From Eledone cirrhosa (lineage: Eukaryota), in NCBI GenBank assembly GCA_964016885.1, contig OZ024741.1, forward strand, positions 273,482,001-273,546,000: a stretch of 64,000 nt of DNA, in the 5' to 3' direction. Positions 28,310 to 43,671 of this stretch are shown one piece after another. A program made the position numbers and the translations under genes. A model generated the notes under the pieces. The model did no database searches, had not been told where the DNA came from, and saw nothing but the letters and a program-made list of their open reading frames with translations. How positions within the stretch are numbered: position 1 is the first letter of the stretch; each line of letters begins with the position of its first letter.

Positions 28310-28689
28310 ATGTCACTGTTATCAGACCAGATAGTGTCTGTAAAGTGTCTGTATGTCACTATGTCACTGTTATCAGACTAGATAGTGTCTGTAAAGTGTC
28401 TGTATGTCACTATGTCACTGTTATCAGACTAGATAGTGTCTGTAAAGTTTCTGTATGTCATTATGTCACTGTTATCAGACCAGATAGTGTCTGTAATGTG
28501 TCTGTATGTCACTATGTCACCGCTATCAGACCAGATAGTGTCTGTATGTCACTATGTCACCGCTATCAGACCAGATAGTGTCTGTATGTCACTATGTCGC
28601 CGCTATCGGACCAGATAATGTCTGCAATGTGGCTGTATGTCACTATGTCACTGTTATCAGACCAGATAGTGTCTGTAAAGTGTCTGTAT

Positions 28690-31600
28690 GTCACTATGTC
28701 ACTGTTATCAGACTAGATAGTGTCTGTAAAGTTTCTGTATGTCACTATGTCACTGTTATCAGACCAGATAGTGTCTGTAATGTGTCTGTATGTCACTATG
28801 TCACCGCTATCAGACCAGATAGTGTCTCTATGTCACTATGTCACGGCTATCAGAACAGATAGTGTCTGTAAAGTGTCTGTATGTCACTATGTCACTGTTA
28901 TCAGACCAGATAGTGTCTGTAAAGTGTCTGTATGTCACTATGTCACTGTTATCAGACCAGATAGTGTCTGTAAAGTGTCTGTATGTCACTATGTCACCGT
29001 TATCAGACCAGATAGTGTCTGTAAAATGTCTGTATGTCACTATCTCACTGTTATCAGACCAGATAGTGTCTGTAAAGTGTCTGTGTGTCACTATGTCACC
29101 ACTATCAGACCAGATAGTGTCTGTAAAGTGTCTATATGTCACTATGTCACCGCTATCAGACCAGATAGTATCTGTAAAGTCTCTGTATGTCACTATGTCA
29201 CTGTTATCAGACCAGATAGTGTCTTTAAAGTGTCTGTATGTCACTATGTCACCGTTATCAGACCAGATAGTGTCTGTAAAGTGTCTGTATGTCACTATGT
29301 CACCGTTATCAGACTAGATATTGTCTGTAAAGTGTCTGTATATCACTATGTCATCGCTATCAGACCAGATAGTGTCTGTAAAGTGCCTGTATGTCACTAT
29401 GTCACTGTTATCAGACCAGATAGTGTCTGTAAAGTGTCTGTATGTCACTGTGTCACCGTTATCCGACCAGATAGTGTCTGTAAAGTGTCTGTATGTCACT
29501 GTGTCACCGTTATCAGACCAGATAGTGTCTGTAAAGTGTCTGTATGTCACTATGTCACTTTTATCAGACCAGATAGTGTCTGTAAAGTGTCTGTATGTCA
29601 CTATGTCACTGTTATCAGACCAGATAGTGTCTGTAATGTGTCTGTATGTCACTATGTCACCGCTATCAGACCAGATAGTGTCTGTAAAGTGGCTGTATTT
29701 CACTATGTCACCGCTATCAGACCAGATAGTGTCTGTAAAGTGTCTGTATGTCACTATGTCACTGTTATCACACCAGATAGTGTCAGTAAAGTGTCTGTAT
29801 ATCACTATCTCACCGCCATCAGACCAGATAGTGTCTGTATGTCACTATGTCACTGTTATCAGACCAGATAGTGTCTGTAATGTGTCTGTATGTCACTATG
29901 TCACCGCTATCAGACCAGATAGTGCCTGTAATGTGTCTGTATGTCACTATGTCACCGCTATCAGACCAGATAGTGTCTGTAAAATGTCTGTATGTCACTA
30001 TGTCACCGTTATCAGACCAGATAGTGTCTGTAAAGTGGCTGTATGTCACTGTGTCACCGCTATCAGACCAGATAGTGTCTGTAATGTGGCTGTATGTCAC
30101 TATGTCACCGTTATCAGACCAGATAGTGTCTGTAATGTGTCTGTATGTCACTATGTCACCGCAATCAGACCAGATAGTGTCTGTAAAGTGTCTGTATGTC
30201 ACTATGTCACCGTTATCAGACTAGATAGTGTCTGGAAAGTGTCTGTATGTCACTATGTCACTGTTATCAGACCAGATAGTGTCTGTAACGTGTCTGTATG
30301 TCACTATGTCACTGTTATCAGACCAGATAGTGTCTGTAAAGTGTCTGTATGTCACAATGTCACTGTTATCAGACCAGATAGGGTCTGTAAAGTGTCTGTA
30401 TGTCACTATGTCACTGTTATCAGACCAGATAGTGTCAGTAAAGTGTCTGTATATCACTATCGCACCGCCATCAGACCAGATAGTGTCTGTATGTCACTAT
30501 GTCACTGTTATCAGACCAGATAGTGTCTGTAAAGTGTCTGTATGTCACTATGTCACTGTTATCAGACCAGATAGTGTCTGTAATGTGTCTGTATGTCACT
30601 ATGTCACCGCTATCAGACCAGATAGTGTCTGTAATGTGTCTGTATGTCACTATGTCACCGCTATCAGACCAGATAGTGTCTGTAAAGTGTCTGTAGGTCA
30701 CTATGTCACCGTTATCAGACTAGATAGTGTCTGGAAAGTGTCTGTAAGTCACTATGTCACCGCTATCAGACCAGATAGTGTCTGTAAAGTGTCTGTATGT
30801 CACTATGTCACTGTTATCAGACCAGATAGTGTCTGTAAAGTGTCTGTATGTCACTGTGTCACCGTTATCAGACCAGATAGTGTCTGTAAAGTGTCTGTAT
30901 GTCACTGTGTCACCGTTATCAGACCAGATAGTGTCTGGAAAGTGTCTGTAAGTCACTATGTCACCGCTATCAGACCAGATAGTGTCTGTAAAGTGTCTGT
31001 ATGTCACTATGTCACTGTTATCAGACTAGATAGTGTCTGTAAAGTTTCTGTATGTCACTATGTCACTGTTATCAGACCAGATAGTGTCTGTAATGTGTCT
31101 GTATGTCACTATGTCACCGCTATCAGACCAGATAGTGTCGGTATGTCACTATGTCACGGCTATCAGAACAGATAGTGTCTGTAAAGTGTCTGTATGTCAC
31201 TATGTCACTGTTATCAGACCAGATAGTGTCTGTAAAGTGTCTGTATGTCACTATGTCACTGTTATCAGACCAGATAGTGTCTGTAAAGTGTCTGTATGTC
31301 ACTATGTCACCGTTATCAGACCAGATAGTGTCTGTAAAATGTCTGTATGTCACTATGTCACTGTTATCAGACCAGATAGTGTCTGTAAAGTGTCTGTGTG
31401 TCACTATGTCACCACTATCAGACCAGATAGTGTCTGTAAAGTGTCTATATGTCACTATGTCACCGCTATCAGACCAGATAGTATCTGTAAAGTCTCTGTA
31501 TGTCACTATGTCACTGTTATCAGACCAGATAGTGTCTTTAAAGTGTCTGTATGTCACTATGTCACCGTTATCAGACCAGATAGTGTCTGTAAAGTGTCTG

Positions 31601-33350
31601 TATGTCACTATGTCACCGTTATCAGACTAGATAGTGTCTGTAAAGTGTCTGTATATCACTATGTCATCGCTATCAGACCAGATAGTGTCTGTAAAGTGCC
31701 TGTATGTCACTATGTCACTGTTATCAGACCAGATAGTGTCTGTAAAGTGTCTGTATGTCACTGTGTCACCGTTATCCGACCAGATAGTGTCTGTAAAGTG
31801 TCTGTATGTCACTGTGTCACCGTTATCAGACCAGATAGTGTCTGTAAAGTGTCTGTATGTCACTATGTCACTTTTATCAGACCAGATAGTGTCTGTAAAG
31901 TGTCTGTATGTCACTATGTCACTGTTATCAGACCAGATAGTGTCTGTAATGTGTCTGTATGTCACTATGTCACCGCTATCAGACCAGATAGTGTCTGTAA
32001 AGTGGCTGTATTTCACTATATCACCGCTATCAGACCAGATAGTGTCTGTAAAGTGTCTGTATGTCACTATGTCACTGTTATCAGACCAGATAGTGTCAGT
32101 AAAGTGTCTGTATATCACTATCTCACCGCCATCAGACCAGATAGTGTCTGTATGTCACTATGTCACTGTTATCAGACCAGATAGTGTCTGTAATGTGTCT
32201 GTATGTCACTATGTCACCGCTATCAGACCAGATAGTGCCTGTAATGTGTCTGTATGTCACTATGTCACCGCTATCAGACCAGATAGTGTCTGTAAAGTGT
32301 CTGTATGTCACTATGTCACCGTTATCAGACCAGATAGTGTCTGTAAAGTGGCTGTATGTCACTGTGTCACCGCTATCAGACCAGATAGTGTCTGTAATGT
32401 GGCTGTATGTCACTATGTCACCGTAATCAGACCAGATAGTGTCTGTAATGTGTCTGTATGTCACTATGTCACCGCAATCAGACCAGATAGTGTCTGTAAA
32501 GTGTCTGTATGTCACTATGTCACCGTTATCAGACTAGATAGTGTCTGGAAAGTGTCTGTATGTCACTATGTCACTGTTATCAGACCAGATGGTGTCTGTA
32601 AAGTGTCTGTATGTCACTATGTCACTGTTATCAGACCAGATAGTGTCTGTAACGTGTCTGTATGTCACTATGTGACCACTATCAGACCAGATAGTGTCTG
32701 TAAAGTGTCTGTATGTCACAATGTCACTGTTATCAGACCAGATAGGGTCTGTAACGTGTCTGTATGTCACTATGTCACTGTTATCAGACCAGATAGTGTC
32801 AGTAAAGTGTCTGTATATCACTATCGCACCGCCATCAGACCAGATAGTGTCTGTATGTCACTATGTCACTGTTATCAGACCAGATAGTGTCTGTAAAGTG
32901 TCTGTATGTCACTATGTCACTGTTATCAGACCAGATAGTGTCTGTAATGTGTCTATATGTCACTATGTCACCGCTATCAGACCAGATAGTGTCTGTAATG
33001 TGTCTGTATGTCACTATGTCACCGCTATCAGACCAGATAGTGTCTGTAAAGTGTCTGTAGGTCACTATGTCACCGTTATCAGACTAGATAGTGTCTGGAA
33101 AGTGTCTGTAAGTCACTATGTCACCGCTATCAGACCAGATAGTGTCTGTAAAGTGTCTGTATGTCACTATGTCACTGTTATCAGACCAGATAGTGTCTGT
33201 AAAGTGTCTGTATGTCACTGTGTCACCGTTATCAGACCAGATAGTGTCTGTAAATTGTCTGTATGTCACTGTGTCACCGTTATCAGACCAGATAGTGTCT
33301 GGAAAGTGTCTGTAGGTCACTATGTCACCGCTATCAGACCAGATAGTGTC
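28690..33350 (+). repeat. Imperfect tandem duplication, period 2313 bp (43x51 + 3x40), shifting to 2364 bp; also paralogous to about 18100-20450 (offset 10588)
   Basis: ORFs at 18132, 28720 and 31033 are near-identical 383-aa translations. ORF pairs 29321/31634 and 30471/32835 also match. Confidence 0.85.
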
Positions 33351-36300
33351 TGTAAAGTGTCTGTATGTCACTATGTCACTGTTATCAGACCAGATAGTGT
33401 CTGTAAAGTGGCTGTATGTCACTGTGTCACCGCTATCAGACCAGATAGTGTCTGTAATGTGGCTGTATGTCACTATGTCACCGTTATCAGACCAGATAGT
33501 GTCTGTAATGTGTCTGTATGTCACTATGTCACCGCAATCAGACCAGATAGTGTCTGTAAAGTGTCTGTATGTCACTATGTCACCGTTATCAGACTAGATA
33601 GTGTCTGTAAAGTGTCTGTATGTCACTATGTCACTGTTATCAGACCAGATAGTGTCTGTAAAGTGTCTGTATGTCACTATGTCACTGTTATCAGACCAGA
33701 TAGTGTCTGTAACGTGTCTGTATGTCACTATGTGACCACTATCAGACCAGATAGTGTCTGTAAAGTGTCTGTATGTCACAATGTCACTGTTATCAGACCA
33801 GATAGGGTCTGTAAAGTTTCTGTGTGTCACTATGTCACCGCTATCAGACTAGATAGTGTCTGTATGTCACAATGTCACCGCTATCAGACCAGAGAGTGTC
33901 TTTAAAGTCTCTGCATGTCACTATGTCACTGTTATCAGACCAGATAGTGTCTGTAAAGTGTCTGTGTGTCACTATGTCACTGTTATCAGACAAGACAGTG
34001 TCTGTAATGTGTCTGTATGTCACTATGCCACCGCTATCAGACCAGATAGTGTCTGTATGTCACTATGTCACAGTTATCAGACAAGATAGTGTCTGTAAAG
34101 TGTGTGTATGTCACTATGTCACTGTTATCAGACCAGATAGTGTCTGTAAAGTGGCTGTATGTCACTATGTCACCGTTATCAGACCAGTTAGTGTCTGTAA
34201 CGTATCTGTATGACACTATGTCACCGTTATCAAACTAGATAGTGTCTGTAAAGTGTCTGTGTGTCACTATGTCACTGTTATCAGACAAGACAGTGTCTGT
34301 AATGTGTCTGTATGTTACTATGTCACCGCTATCAGACCAGATAGTGTCTGTATGTCACTATGTCACTGTTATCAGACCAGATAGTGTCTGTAAAGTGTCT
34401 GTATGTCACTATGTCACTGTTATCAGACCAGATAGTGTCTGTAATGTGTCTGTATGTCACTATGTCACCGCTATCAGACCAGATAGTGTCTGTAATTTTT
34501 CTGTATGTCACTATGTCACCGCTATCAGACCAGATAGTGTCTGTAAAGTGTCTGTATGTCACTATGTCACCGTTATCAGACTAGATAGCGTCTGGAAAGT
34601 GTCTGTAAGTCACTATGTCACCGCTATCAGACCAGATAGTGTCTGTAAAGTGTCTGTATGTCACTATGTCACTGTTATCAGACCAGATAGTGTCTGTAAA
34701 GTGTCTGTATGTCACTGTGTCACCGTTATCAGACCAGATGGTGTCTGTAAAGTGTCTGTATGTCACTGTGTCACCGTTATCAGACCAGATAGTGTCTGTA
34801 AAGTGTCTGTATGTCACTATGTCACTGTTATCAGACCAGATAGTGTCTGTAAAGTGTCTGTATGTCACTATGTCACTGTTATCAGACCCGATAGTGTCTG
34901 TAACGTGTCTGTATGTCACTATATGACCACTATCAGACCACATAGTGTCTGTATGTCACAATGTCACCACTATCAGACCAGATAGTGTCTGTAACGTGTC
35001 TGTATGTCACTATTTGACCACTATCAGACCAGATAGTGTCTGTAAAATCTCTGCATGTCACTATGTCACTCTTATCAGACCAGATAGTGTCTGTAAAGTG
35101 TCTGTATGTCACTATGTCACTGTTATCAGACAAGACAGTGTCTGTAATGTGTCTGTATGTCACTATGTCACCGCTATCAGACTAGATAGTGTCTGTATGT
35201 CACTATGTCACTGTTATCAGACCAGATAGTGTCTGTAAAGTGTCTGTATGTCACTGTGTCACTGTTATCAGACCAGATAGTGTCTGTAAAGTGTGTGTAT
35301 GTCACTATGTCACTGTTATCAGACCAAATAGTGTCTGTAAAATGGCTGTATGTCACTATGTCACTGTTATCAGACCAGATAGTGTCTGTAAAGTGGCTGT
35401 ATGTCACTATGTCACCGCTACCAGACCAGATAGTGTCTGTAAAGTGGTGTATGTCACTATGTCACTGTTATCAGACCAGATAGTGTCTGTAAAGTGGCTG
35501 TATGTCACTATGTCACTGTTATCAGACCAGATAGTGTCTGTAAAGTGGCTGTATGTCACTATGTCACCCCTATGAGACCAGATGGTGTCTGTAAAGTGTC
35601 TGTATGTCATTATGTCACCGCTATCAGACCAGATAGTGTCTGTATGTCACTATGTCACCGCTATCAGACCAGATAGTGTCTGTAATGTGTCTGTATGTCA
35701 CTATGTCACCGCTATCAGACCAGATAGTGTCTGTAAAGTGTCTGTATGTCACTATGTCACCGCTATCAGACCAGATAGTGTCTGTAAAGTGTCTGTATGA
35801 AACTATGTCAACGCTATCAGACCAGATAGTGTCTGTAAAGTGTCTGTATGTCACTATGTCACTGTTATCAGACCAGATAGTGTCTGTAAAGTGTCTGTAT
35901 GTCACTATGTCACCGCTAGCAGACCAGATAGTGTCTGTAAAGTGTCTGTATGTCACTATATCACCGCTATCAGACCAGATAGTGTCTGTAAAGTGTCTGT
36001 ATGTCACTATGTCACCGCTAGCAGACCAGATAGTGCCTGTAAAGTGTCTGTATGTCACTATGTCACCGCTATCAGACCAGATAGTGTCTGTAAAGTGTCT
36101 GTATGTCACTATATGACCGCTATCAGACCAGATAGTGTCTGTATGACACTATGTCACCGCTATCAGACCAGATAGTGTCTGTAATGTGTCTGTATGTCAC
36201 TATGTCATTGTTATCAGACCAGATAGTGTCTGTAAAATGTCTGTATGTCACTATGTCACCGCTATCAGTCCAGATAGTGTCTGAAAAGTGTCTGTATGTC

Positions 36301-36941
36301 ACTATGTCACTGTCATCAGACCAGATAGTGTCTGTAAAGTGTCTGTATGTCACTATGTCACCGCTATCAGACCAGACAGTGTCTGTAAAGTGTCTGTATG
36401 TCACTATGTCACCGCTATCAGACCAGATGGTGTCTGTAATGTGTCTGTATGTCACTATGTCACCGCTATCAGACCAGATAGTGTCTGTAAAGTGTCTGAA
36501 TGTCACAATGTCACCGCTATCTGACCAGATAGTGTCTGTAAAGTGTCTGTATGTCACTGTGTCACCGTTATCAGACCAGATAGTGTCTGTATGTCACTAT
36601 GTCACTGTTATCAGACCAGATAGTGTCTGTAAAGTGTCTGTATGTCACTATGTCACTGTTATCAGACCAGATAGTGTCTGTAAAGTGTCTGTATGTGACT
36701 ATGTCACCGCTATCAGACCAGATAGTGTCTGTATGTCACTATGTCACCCCTATGAGACCAGATAGTGTCTGTAAAGTGTTTGTGTATCACTATGTCACCG
36801 CTATCAGACCAGATAGTGTCTGTAAAGTGTCTGTATGTCACTATGTCACCGCTATCAGACCAGATAGTGTCTGTAAAGTGTCTGTATGTCACTATGTCAC
36901 CGCTATCAGACCAGATAGTGTCTGTATGTCACTATGTCACG

Positions 36942-39900
36942 GCTATCAGACCAGATAGTGTCTGTAAAGTGTCTGTATGTCACTATGTCACTGTTATCAG
37001 ACCAGATAGTGTCTGTAAAGTGTCTGTATGTCACTATGTCACTGTTATCAGACCAGATAGTGTCTGTAAAGTGTCTGTATGTCACTATGTCACTGTTATC
37101 AGACTAGATAGTGTCTGTAAAGTGTCTGTATGTCACTATGTCACTATTATCAGACTAGATAGTGTCTGTAAAGTTTCTGTATGTCATTATGTCACTGTTA
37201 TCAGACCAGATAGTGTCTGTAATGTGTCTGTATGTCACTATGTCACCGCTATCAGACCAGATAGTGTCTGTATGTCACTATGTCACCGCTATCAGACCAG
37301 ATAGTGTCTGTATGTCACTATGTCGCCGCTATCGGACCAGATAATGTCTGCAATGTGGCTGTATGTCACTATGTCACTGTTATCAGACCAGATAGTGTCT
37401 GTAAAGTGTCTGTATGTCACTATGTCACTGTTATCAGACTAGATAGTGTCTGTAAAGTTTCTGTATGTCACTATGTCACTGTTATCAGACCAGATAGTGT
37501 CTGTAATGTGTCTGTATGTCACTATGTCACCGCTATCAGACCAGATAGTGTCTGTATGTCACTATGTCACGGCTATCAGAACAGATAGTGTCTGTAAAGT
37601 GTCTGTATGTCACTATGTCACTGTTATCAGACCAGATAGTGTCTGTAAAGTGTCTGTATGTCACTATGTCACTGTTATCAGACCAGATAGTGTCTGTAAA
37701 GTGTCTGTATGTCACTATGTCACCGTTATCAGACCAGATAGTGTCTGTAAAATGTCTGTATGTCACTATGTCACTGTTATCAGACCAGATAGTGTCTGTA
37801 AAGTGTCTGTGTGTCACTATGTCACCACTATCAGACCAGATAGTGTCTGTAAAGTGTCTATATGTCACTATGTCACCGTTATCAGACTAGATAGTGTCTG
37901 TAAAGTGTCTGTATATCACTATGTCATCGCTATCAGACCAGATAGTGTCTGTAAAGTGCCTGTATGTCACTATGTCACTGTTATCAGACCAGATAGTGTC
38001 TGTAAAGTGTCTGTATGTCACTGTGTCACCGTTATCCGACCAGATAGTGTCTGTAAAGTGTCTGTATGTCACTGTGTCACCGTTATCAGACCAGATAGTG
38101 TCTGTAAAGTGTCTGTACGTCACTATGTCACTTTTATCAGACCAGATAGTGTCTGTAAAGTGTCTGTATGTCACTATGTCACTGTTATCAGACCAGATAG
38201 TGTCTGTAATGTGTCTGTATGTCACTATGTCACCGCTATCAGACCAGATAGTGTCTGTAAAGTGGCTGTATTTCACTATGTCACCGCTATCAGACCAGAT
38301 AGTGTCTGTAAAGTGTCTGTATGTCACTATGTCACTGTTATCAGACCAGATAGTGTCAGTAAAGTGTCTGTATATCACTATCTCACCGCCATCAGACCAG
38401 ATAGTGTCTGTATGTCACTATGTCACTGTTATCAGACCAGATAGTGTCTGTAAAGTGTCTGTATGTCACTATGTCACTGTTATCAGACCAGATAGTGTCT
38501 GTAATGTGTCTGTATGTCACTATGTCACCGCTATCAGACCAGATAGTGCCTGTAATGTGTCTGTATGTCACTATGTCACCGCTATCAGACCAGATAGTGT
38601 CTGTAAAGTGTCTGTATGTCACTATGTCACCGTTATCAGACCAGATAGTGTCTGTAAAGTGGCTGTATGTCACTGTGTCACCGCTATCAGACCAGATAGT
38701 GTCTGTAATGTGGCTGCATGTCACTATGTCACCGTTATCAGACCAGATAGTGTCTGTAAAGTGTCTGTATGTCACTATGTCACCGTTATCAGACTAGATA
38801 GTGTCTGGAAAGTGTCTGTATGTCACTATGTCACTGTTATCAGACCAGATAGTGTCTGTAAAGTGTCTGTATGTCACTATGTCACTGTTATCAGACCAGA
38901 TAGTGTCTGTAACGTGTCTGTATGTCACTATGTGACCACTATCAGACCAGATAGTGTCTGTAAAGTGTCTGTATGTCACAATGTCACTGTTATCAGACTA
39001 GATAGTGTCTGTAAAGTGTCTGTATGTCACTATGTCACTGTTATCAGACCAGATAGTGTCTGTAATGTGTCTGTATGTCACTATGTCACCGCTATCAGAC
39101 CAGATAGTGTCTGTATGTCACTATGTCACGGCTATCAGAACAGATAGTGTCTGTAAAGTGTCTGTATGTCACTATGTCACTGTTATCAGACCAGATAGTG
39201 TCTGTAAAGTGTCTGTATGTCACTATGTCACTGTTATCAGACCAGATAGTGTCTGTAAAGTGTCTGTATGTCACTACGTCACCGTTATCAGACCAGATAG
39301 TGTCTGTAAAATGCCTGTATGTCACTATGTCACTGTTATCAGACCAGATAGTGTCTGTAAAGTGTCTGTGTGTCACTATGTCACCACTATCAGACCAGAT
39401 AGTGTCTGTAAAGTGTCTATATGTCACTATGTCACCGCTATCAGACCAGATAGTATCTGTAAAGTCTCTGTATATCACTATGTCATCGCTATCAGACCAG
39501 ATAGTGTCTGTAAAGTGCCTGTATGTCACTATGTCACTGTTATCAGACCAGATAGTGTCTGTAAAGTGTCTGTATGTCACTGTGTCACCGTTATCCGACC
39601 AGATAGTGTCTGTAAAGTGTCTGTATGTCACTGTGTCACCGTTATCAGACCAGATAGTGTCTGTAAAGTGTCTGTATGTTACTATGTCACTTTTATCAGA
39701 CCAGATAGTGTCTGAAAAGTGTCTGTATGTCACTATGTCACTGTCATCAGACCAGATAGTGTCTGTAAAGTGTCTGTATGTCACTATGTCACCGCTATCA
39801 GACCAGACAGTGTCTGTAAAGTGTCTGTATGTCACTATGTCACCGCTATCAGACCAGATGGTGTCTGTAATGTGTCTGTATGTCACTATGTCACCGCTAT

Positions 39901-42900
39901 CAGACCAGATAGTGTCTGTAAAGTGTCTGAATGTCACTATGTCACCGCTAGCTGACCAGATAGTGTCTGTAAAGTGTCTGTATGTCACTGTGTCACCGTT
40001 ATCAGACCAGATAGTGTCTGTGTGTCACTATGTCACTGTTATCAGACCAGATAGTGTCTGTAAAGTGTCTGTATGTCACTATGTCACTGTTATCAGACCA
40101 GATAGTGTCTGTAAAGTGTCTGTATGTGACTATGTCACCGCTATCAGACCAGATAGTGTCTGTATGTCACTATGTCACCCCTATGAGACCAGATAGTGTC
40201 TGTAAAGTGTCTGTGTATCACTATGTCACCGCTATCAGACCAGATAGTGTCTGTAAAGTGTCTGTATGTCACTATGTCACCGCTATCAGACCAGATAGTG
40301 TCTGTAAAGTGTCTGTATGTCACTATGTCACTGTTATCAGACCAGATAGTGTCTGTAAAGTGTCTGTATGTCACTATGTCACTGTTATCAGACCAGATAG
40401 TGTCTGTAAAGTGTCTGTATGTCACTATGTCACTGTTATCAGACTAGATAGTGTCTGTAAAGTGTCTGTATGTCACTATGTCACTATTATCAGACTAGAT
40501 AGTGTCTGTAAAGTTTCTGTATGTCATTATGTCACTGTTATCAGACCAGATAGTGTCTGTAATGTGTCTGTATGTCACTATGTCACCGCTATCAGACCAG
40601 ATAGTGTCTGTATGTCACTATGTCACCGCTATCAGACCAGATAGTGTCTGTATGTCACTATGTCGCCGCTATCGGACCAGATAATGTCTGCAATGTGGCT
40701 GTATGTCACTATGTCACTGTTATCAGACCAGATAGTGTCTGTAAAGTGTCTGTATGTCACTATGTCACTGTTATCAGACTAGATAGTGTCTGTAAAGTTT
40801 CTGTATGTCACTATGTCACTGTTATCAGACCAGATAGTGTCTGTAATGTGTCTGTATGTCACTATGTCACCGCTATCAGACCAGATAGTGTCTGTATGTC
40901 ACTATGTCACGGCTATCAGAACAGATAGTGTCTGTAAAGTGTCTGTATGTCACTATGTCACTGTTATCAGACCAGATAGTGTCTGTAAAGTGTCTGTATG
41001 TCACTATGTCACTGTTATCAGACCAGATAGTGTCTGTAAAGTGTCTGTATGTCACTATGTCACCGTTATCAGACCAGATAGTGTCTGTAAAATGTCTGTA
41101 TGTCACTATGTCACTGTTATCAGACCAGATAGTGTCTGTAAAGTGTCTGTGTGTCACTATGTCACCACTATCAGACCAGATAGTGTCTGTAAAGTGTCTA
41201 TATGTCACTATGTCACCGTTATCAGACTAGATAGTGTCTGTAAAGTGTCTGTATATCACTATGTCATCGCTATCAGACCAGATAGTGTCTGTAAAGTGCC
41301 TGTATGTCACTATGTCACTGTTATCAGACCAGATAGTGTCTGTAAAGTGTCTGTATGTCACTGTGTCACCGTTATCCGACCAGATAGTGTCTGTAAAGTG
41401 TCTGTATGTCACTGTGTCACCGTTATCAGACCAGATAGTGTCTGTAAAGTGTCTGTACGTCACTATGTCACTTTTATCAGACCAGATAGTGTCTGTAAAG
41501 TGTCTGTATGTCACTATGTCACTGTTATCAGACCAGATAGTGTCTGTAATGTGTCTGTATGTCACTATGTCACCGCTATCAGACCAGATAGTGTCTGTAA
41601 AGTGGCTGTATTTCACTATGTCACCGCTATCAGACCAGATAGTGTCTGTAAAGTGTCTGTATGTCACTATGTCACTGTTATCAGACCAGATAGTGTCAGT
41701 AAAGTGTCTGTATATCACTATCTCACCGCCATCAGACCAGATAGTGTCTGTATGTCACTATGTCACTGTTATCAGACCAGATAGTGTCTGTAAAGTGTCT
41801 GTATGTCACTATGTCACTGTTATCAGACCAGATAGTGTCTGTAATGTGTCTGTATGTCACTATGTCACCGCTATCAGACCAGATAGTGCCTGTAATGTGT
41901 CTGTATGTCACTATGTCACCGCTATCAGACCAGATAGTGTCTGTAAAGTGTCTGTATGTCACTATGTCACCGTTATCAGACCAGATAGTGTCTGTAAAGT
42001 GGCTGTATGTCACTGTGTCACCGCTATCAGACCAGATAGTGTCTGTAATGTGGCTGCATGTCACTATGTCACCGTTATCAGACCAGATAGTGTCTGTAAA
42101 GTGTCTGTATGTCACTATGTCACCGTTATCAGACTAGATAGTGTCTGGAAAGTGTCTGTATGTCACTATGTCACTGTTATCAGACCAGATAGTGTCTGTA
42201 AAGTGTCTGTATGTCACTATGTCACTGTTATCAGACCAGATAGTGTCTGTAACGTGTCTGTATGTCACTATGTGACCACTATCAGACCAGATAGTGTCTG
42301 TAAAGTGTCTGTATGTCACAATGTCACTGTTATCAGACTAGATAGTGTCTGTAAAGTGTCTGTATGTCACTATGTCACTGTTATCAGACCAGATAGTGTC
42401 TGTAATGTGTCTGTATGTCACTATGTCACCGCTATCAGACCAGATAGTGTCTGTATGTCACTATGTCACGGCTATCAGAACAGATAGTGTCTGTAAAGTG
42501 TCTGTATGTCACTATGTCACTGTTATCAGACCAGATAGTGTCTGTAAAGTGTCTGTATGTCACTATGTCACTGTTATCAGACCAGATAGTGTCTGTAAAG
42601 TGTCTGTATGTCACTACGTCACCGTTATCAGACCAGATAGTGTCTGTAAAATGCCTGTATGTCACTATGTCACTGTTATCAGACCAGATAGTGTCTGTAA
42701 AGTGTCTGTGTGTCACTATGTCACCACTATCAGACCAGATAGTGTCTGTAAAGTGTCTATATGTCACTATGTCACCGCTATCAGACCAGATAGTATCTGT
42801 AAAGTCTCTGTATATCACTATGTCATCGCTATCAGACCAGATAGTGTCTGTAAAGTGCCTGTATGTCACTATGTCACTGTTATCAGACCAGATAGTGTCT

Positions 42901-43671
42901 GTAAAGTGTCTGTATGTCACTGTGTCACCGTTATCCGACCAGATAGTGTCTGTAAAGTGTCTGTATGTCACTGTGTCACCGTTATCAGACCAGATAGTGT
43001 CTGTAAAGTGTCTGTATGTTACTATGTCACTTTTATCAGACCAGATAGTGTCTGAAAAGTGTCTGTATGTCACTATGTCACTGTCATCAGACCAGATAGT
43101 GTCTGTAAAGTGTCTGTATGTCACTATGTCACCGCTATCAGACCAGACAGTGTCTGTAAAGTGTCTGTATGTCACTATGTCACCGCTATCAGACCAGATG
43201 GTGTCTGTAATGTGTCTGTATGTCACTATGTCACCGCTATCAGACCAGATAGTGTCTGTAAAGTGTCTGAATGTCACTATGTCACCGCTAGCTGACCAGA
43301 TAGTGTCTGTAAAGTGTCTGTATGTCACTGTGTCACCGTTATCAGACCAGATAGTGTCTGTGTGTCACTATGTCACTGTTATCAGACCAGATAGTGTCTG
43401 TAAAGTGTCTGTATGTCACTATGTCACTGTTATCAGACCAGATAGTGTCTGTAAAGTGTCTGTATGTGACTATGTCACCGCTATCAGACCAGATAGTGTC
43501 TGTATGTCACTATGTCACCCCTATGAGACCAGATAGTGTCTGTAAAGTGTCTGTGTATCACTATGTCACCGCTATCAGACCAGATAGTGTCTGTAAAGTG
43601 TCTGTATGTCACTATGTCACCGCTATCAGACCAGATAGTGTCTGTAAAGTGTCTGTATGTCACTATGTCAC
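36942..43671 (+). repeat. Near-identical tandem duplication, period 3340 bp (60x51 + 7x40)
   Basis: ORF pairs 37162/40502, 37446/40786, 37894/41234, 39005/42345 and 39123/42463 have identical translations. Private SNPs are shared, including GTACGT at about 38115/41455 and GCTAGCTGACC at about 39947/43287. Confidence 0.93.
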
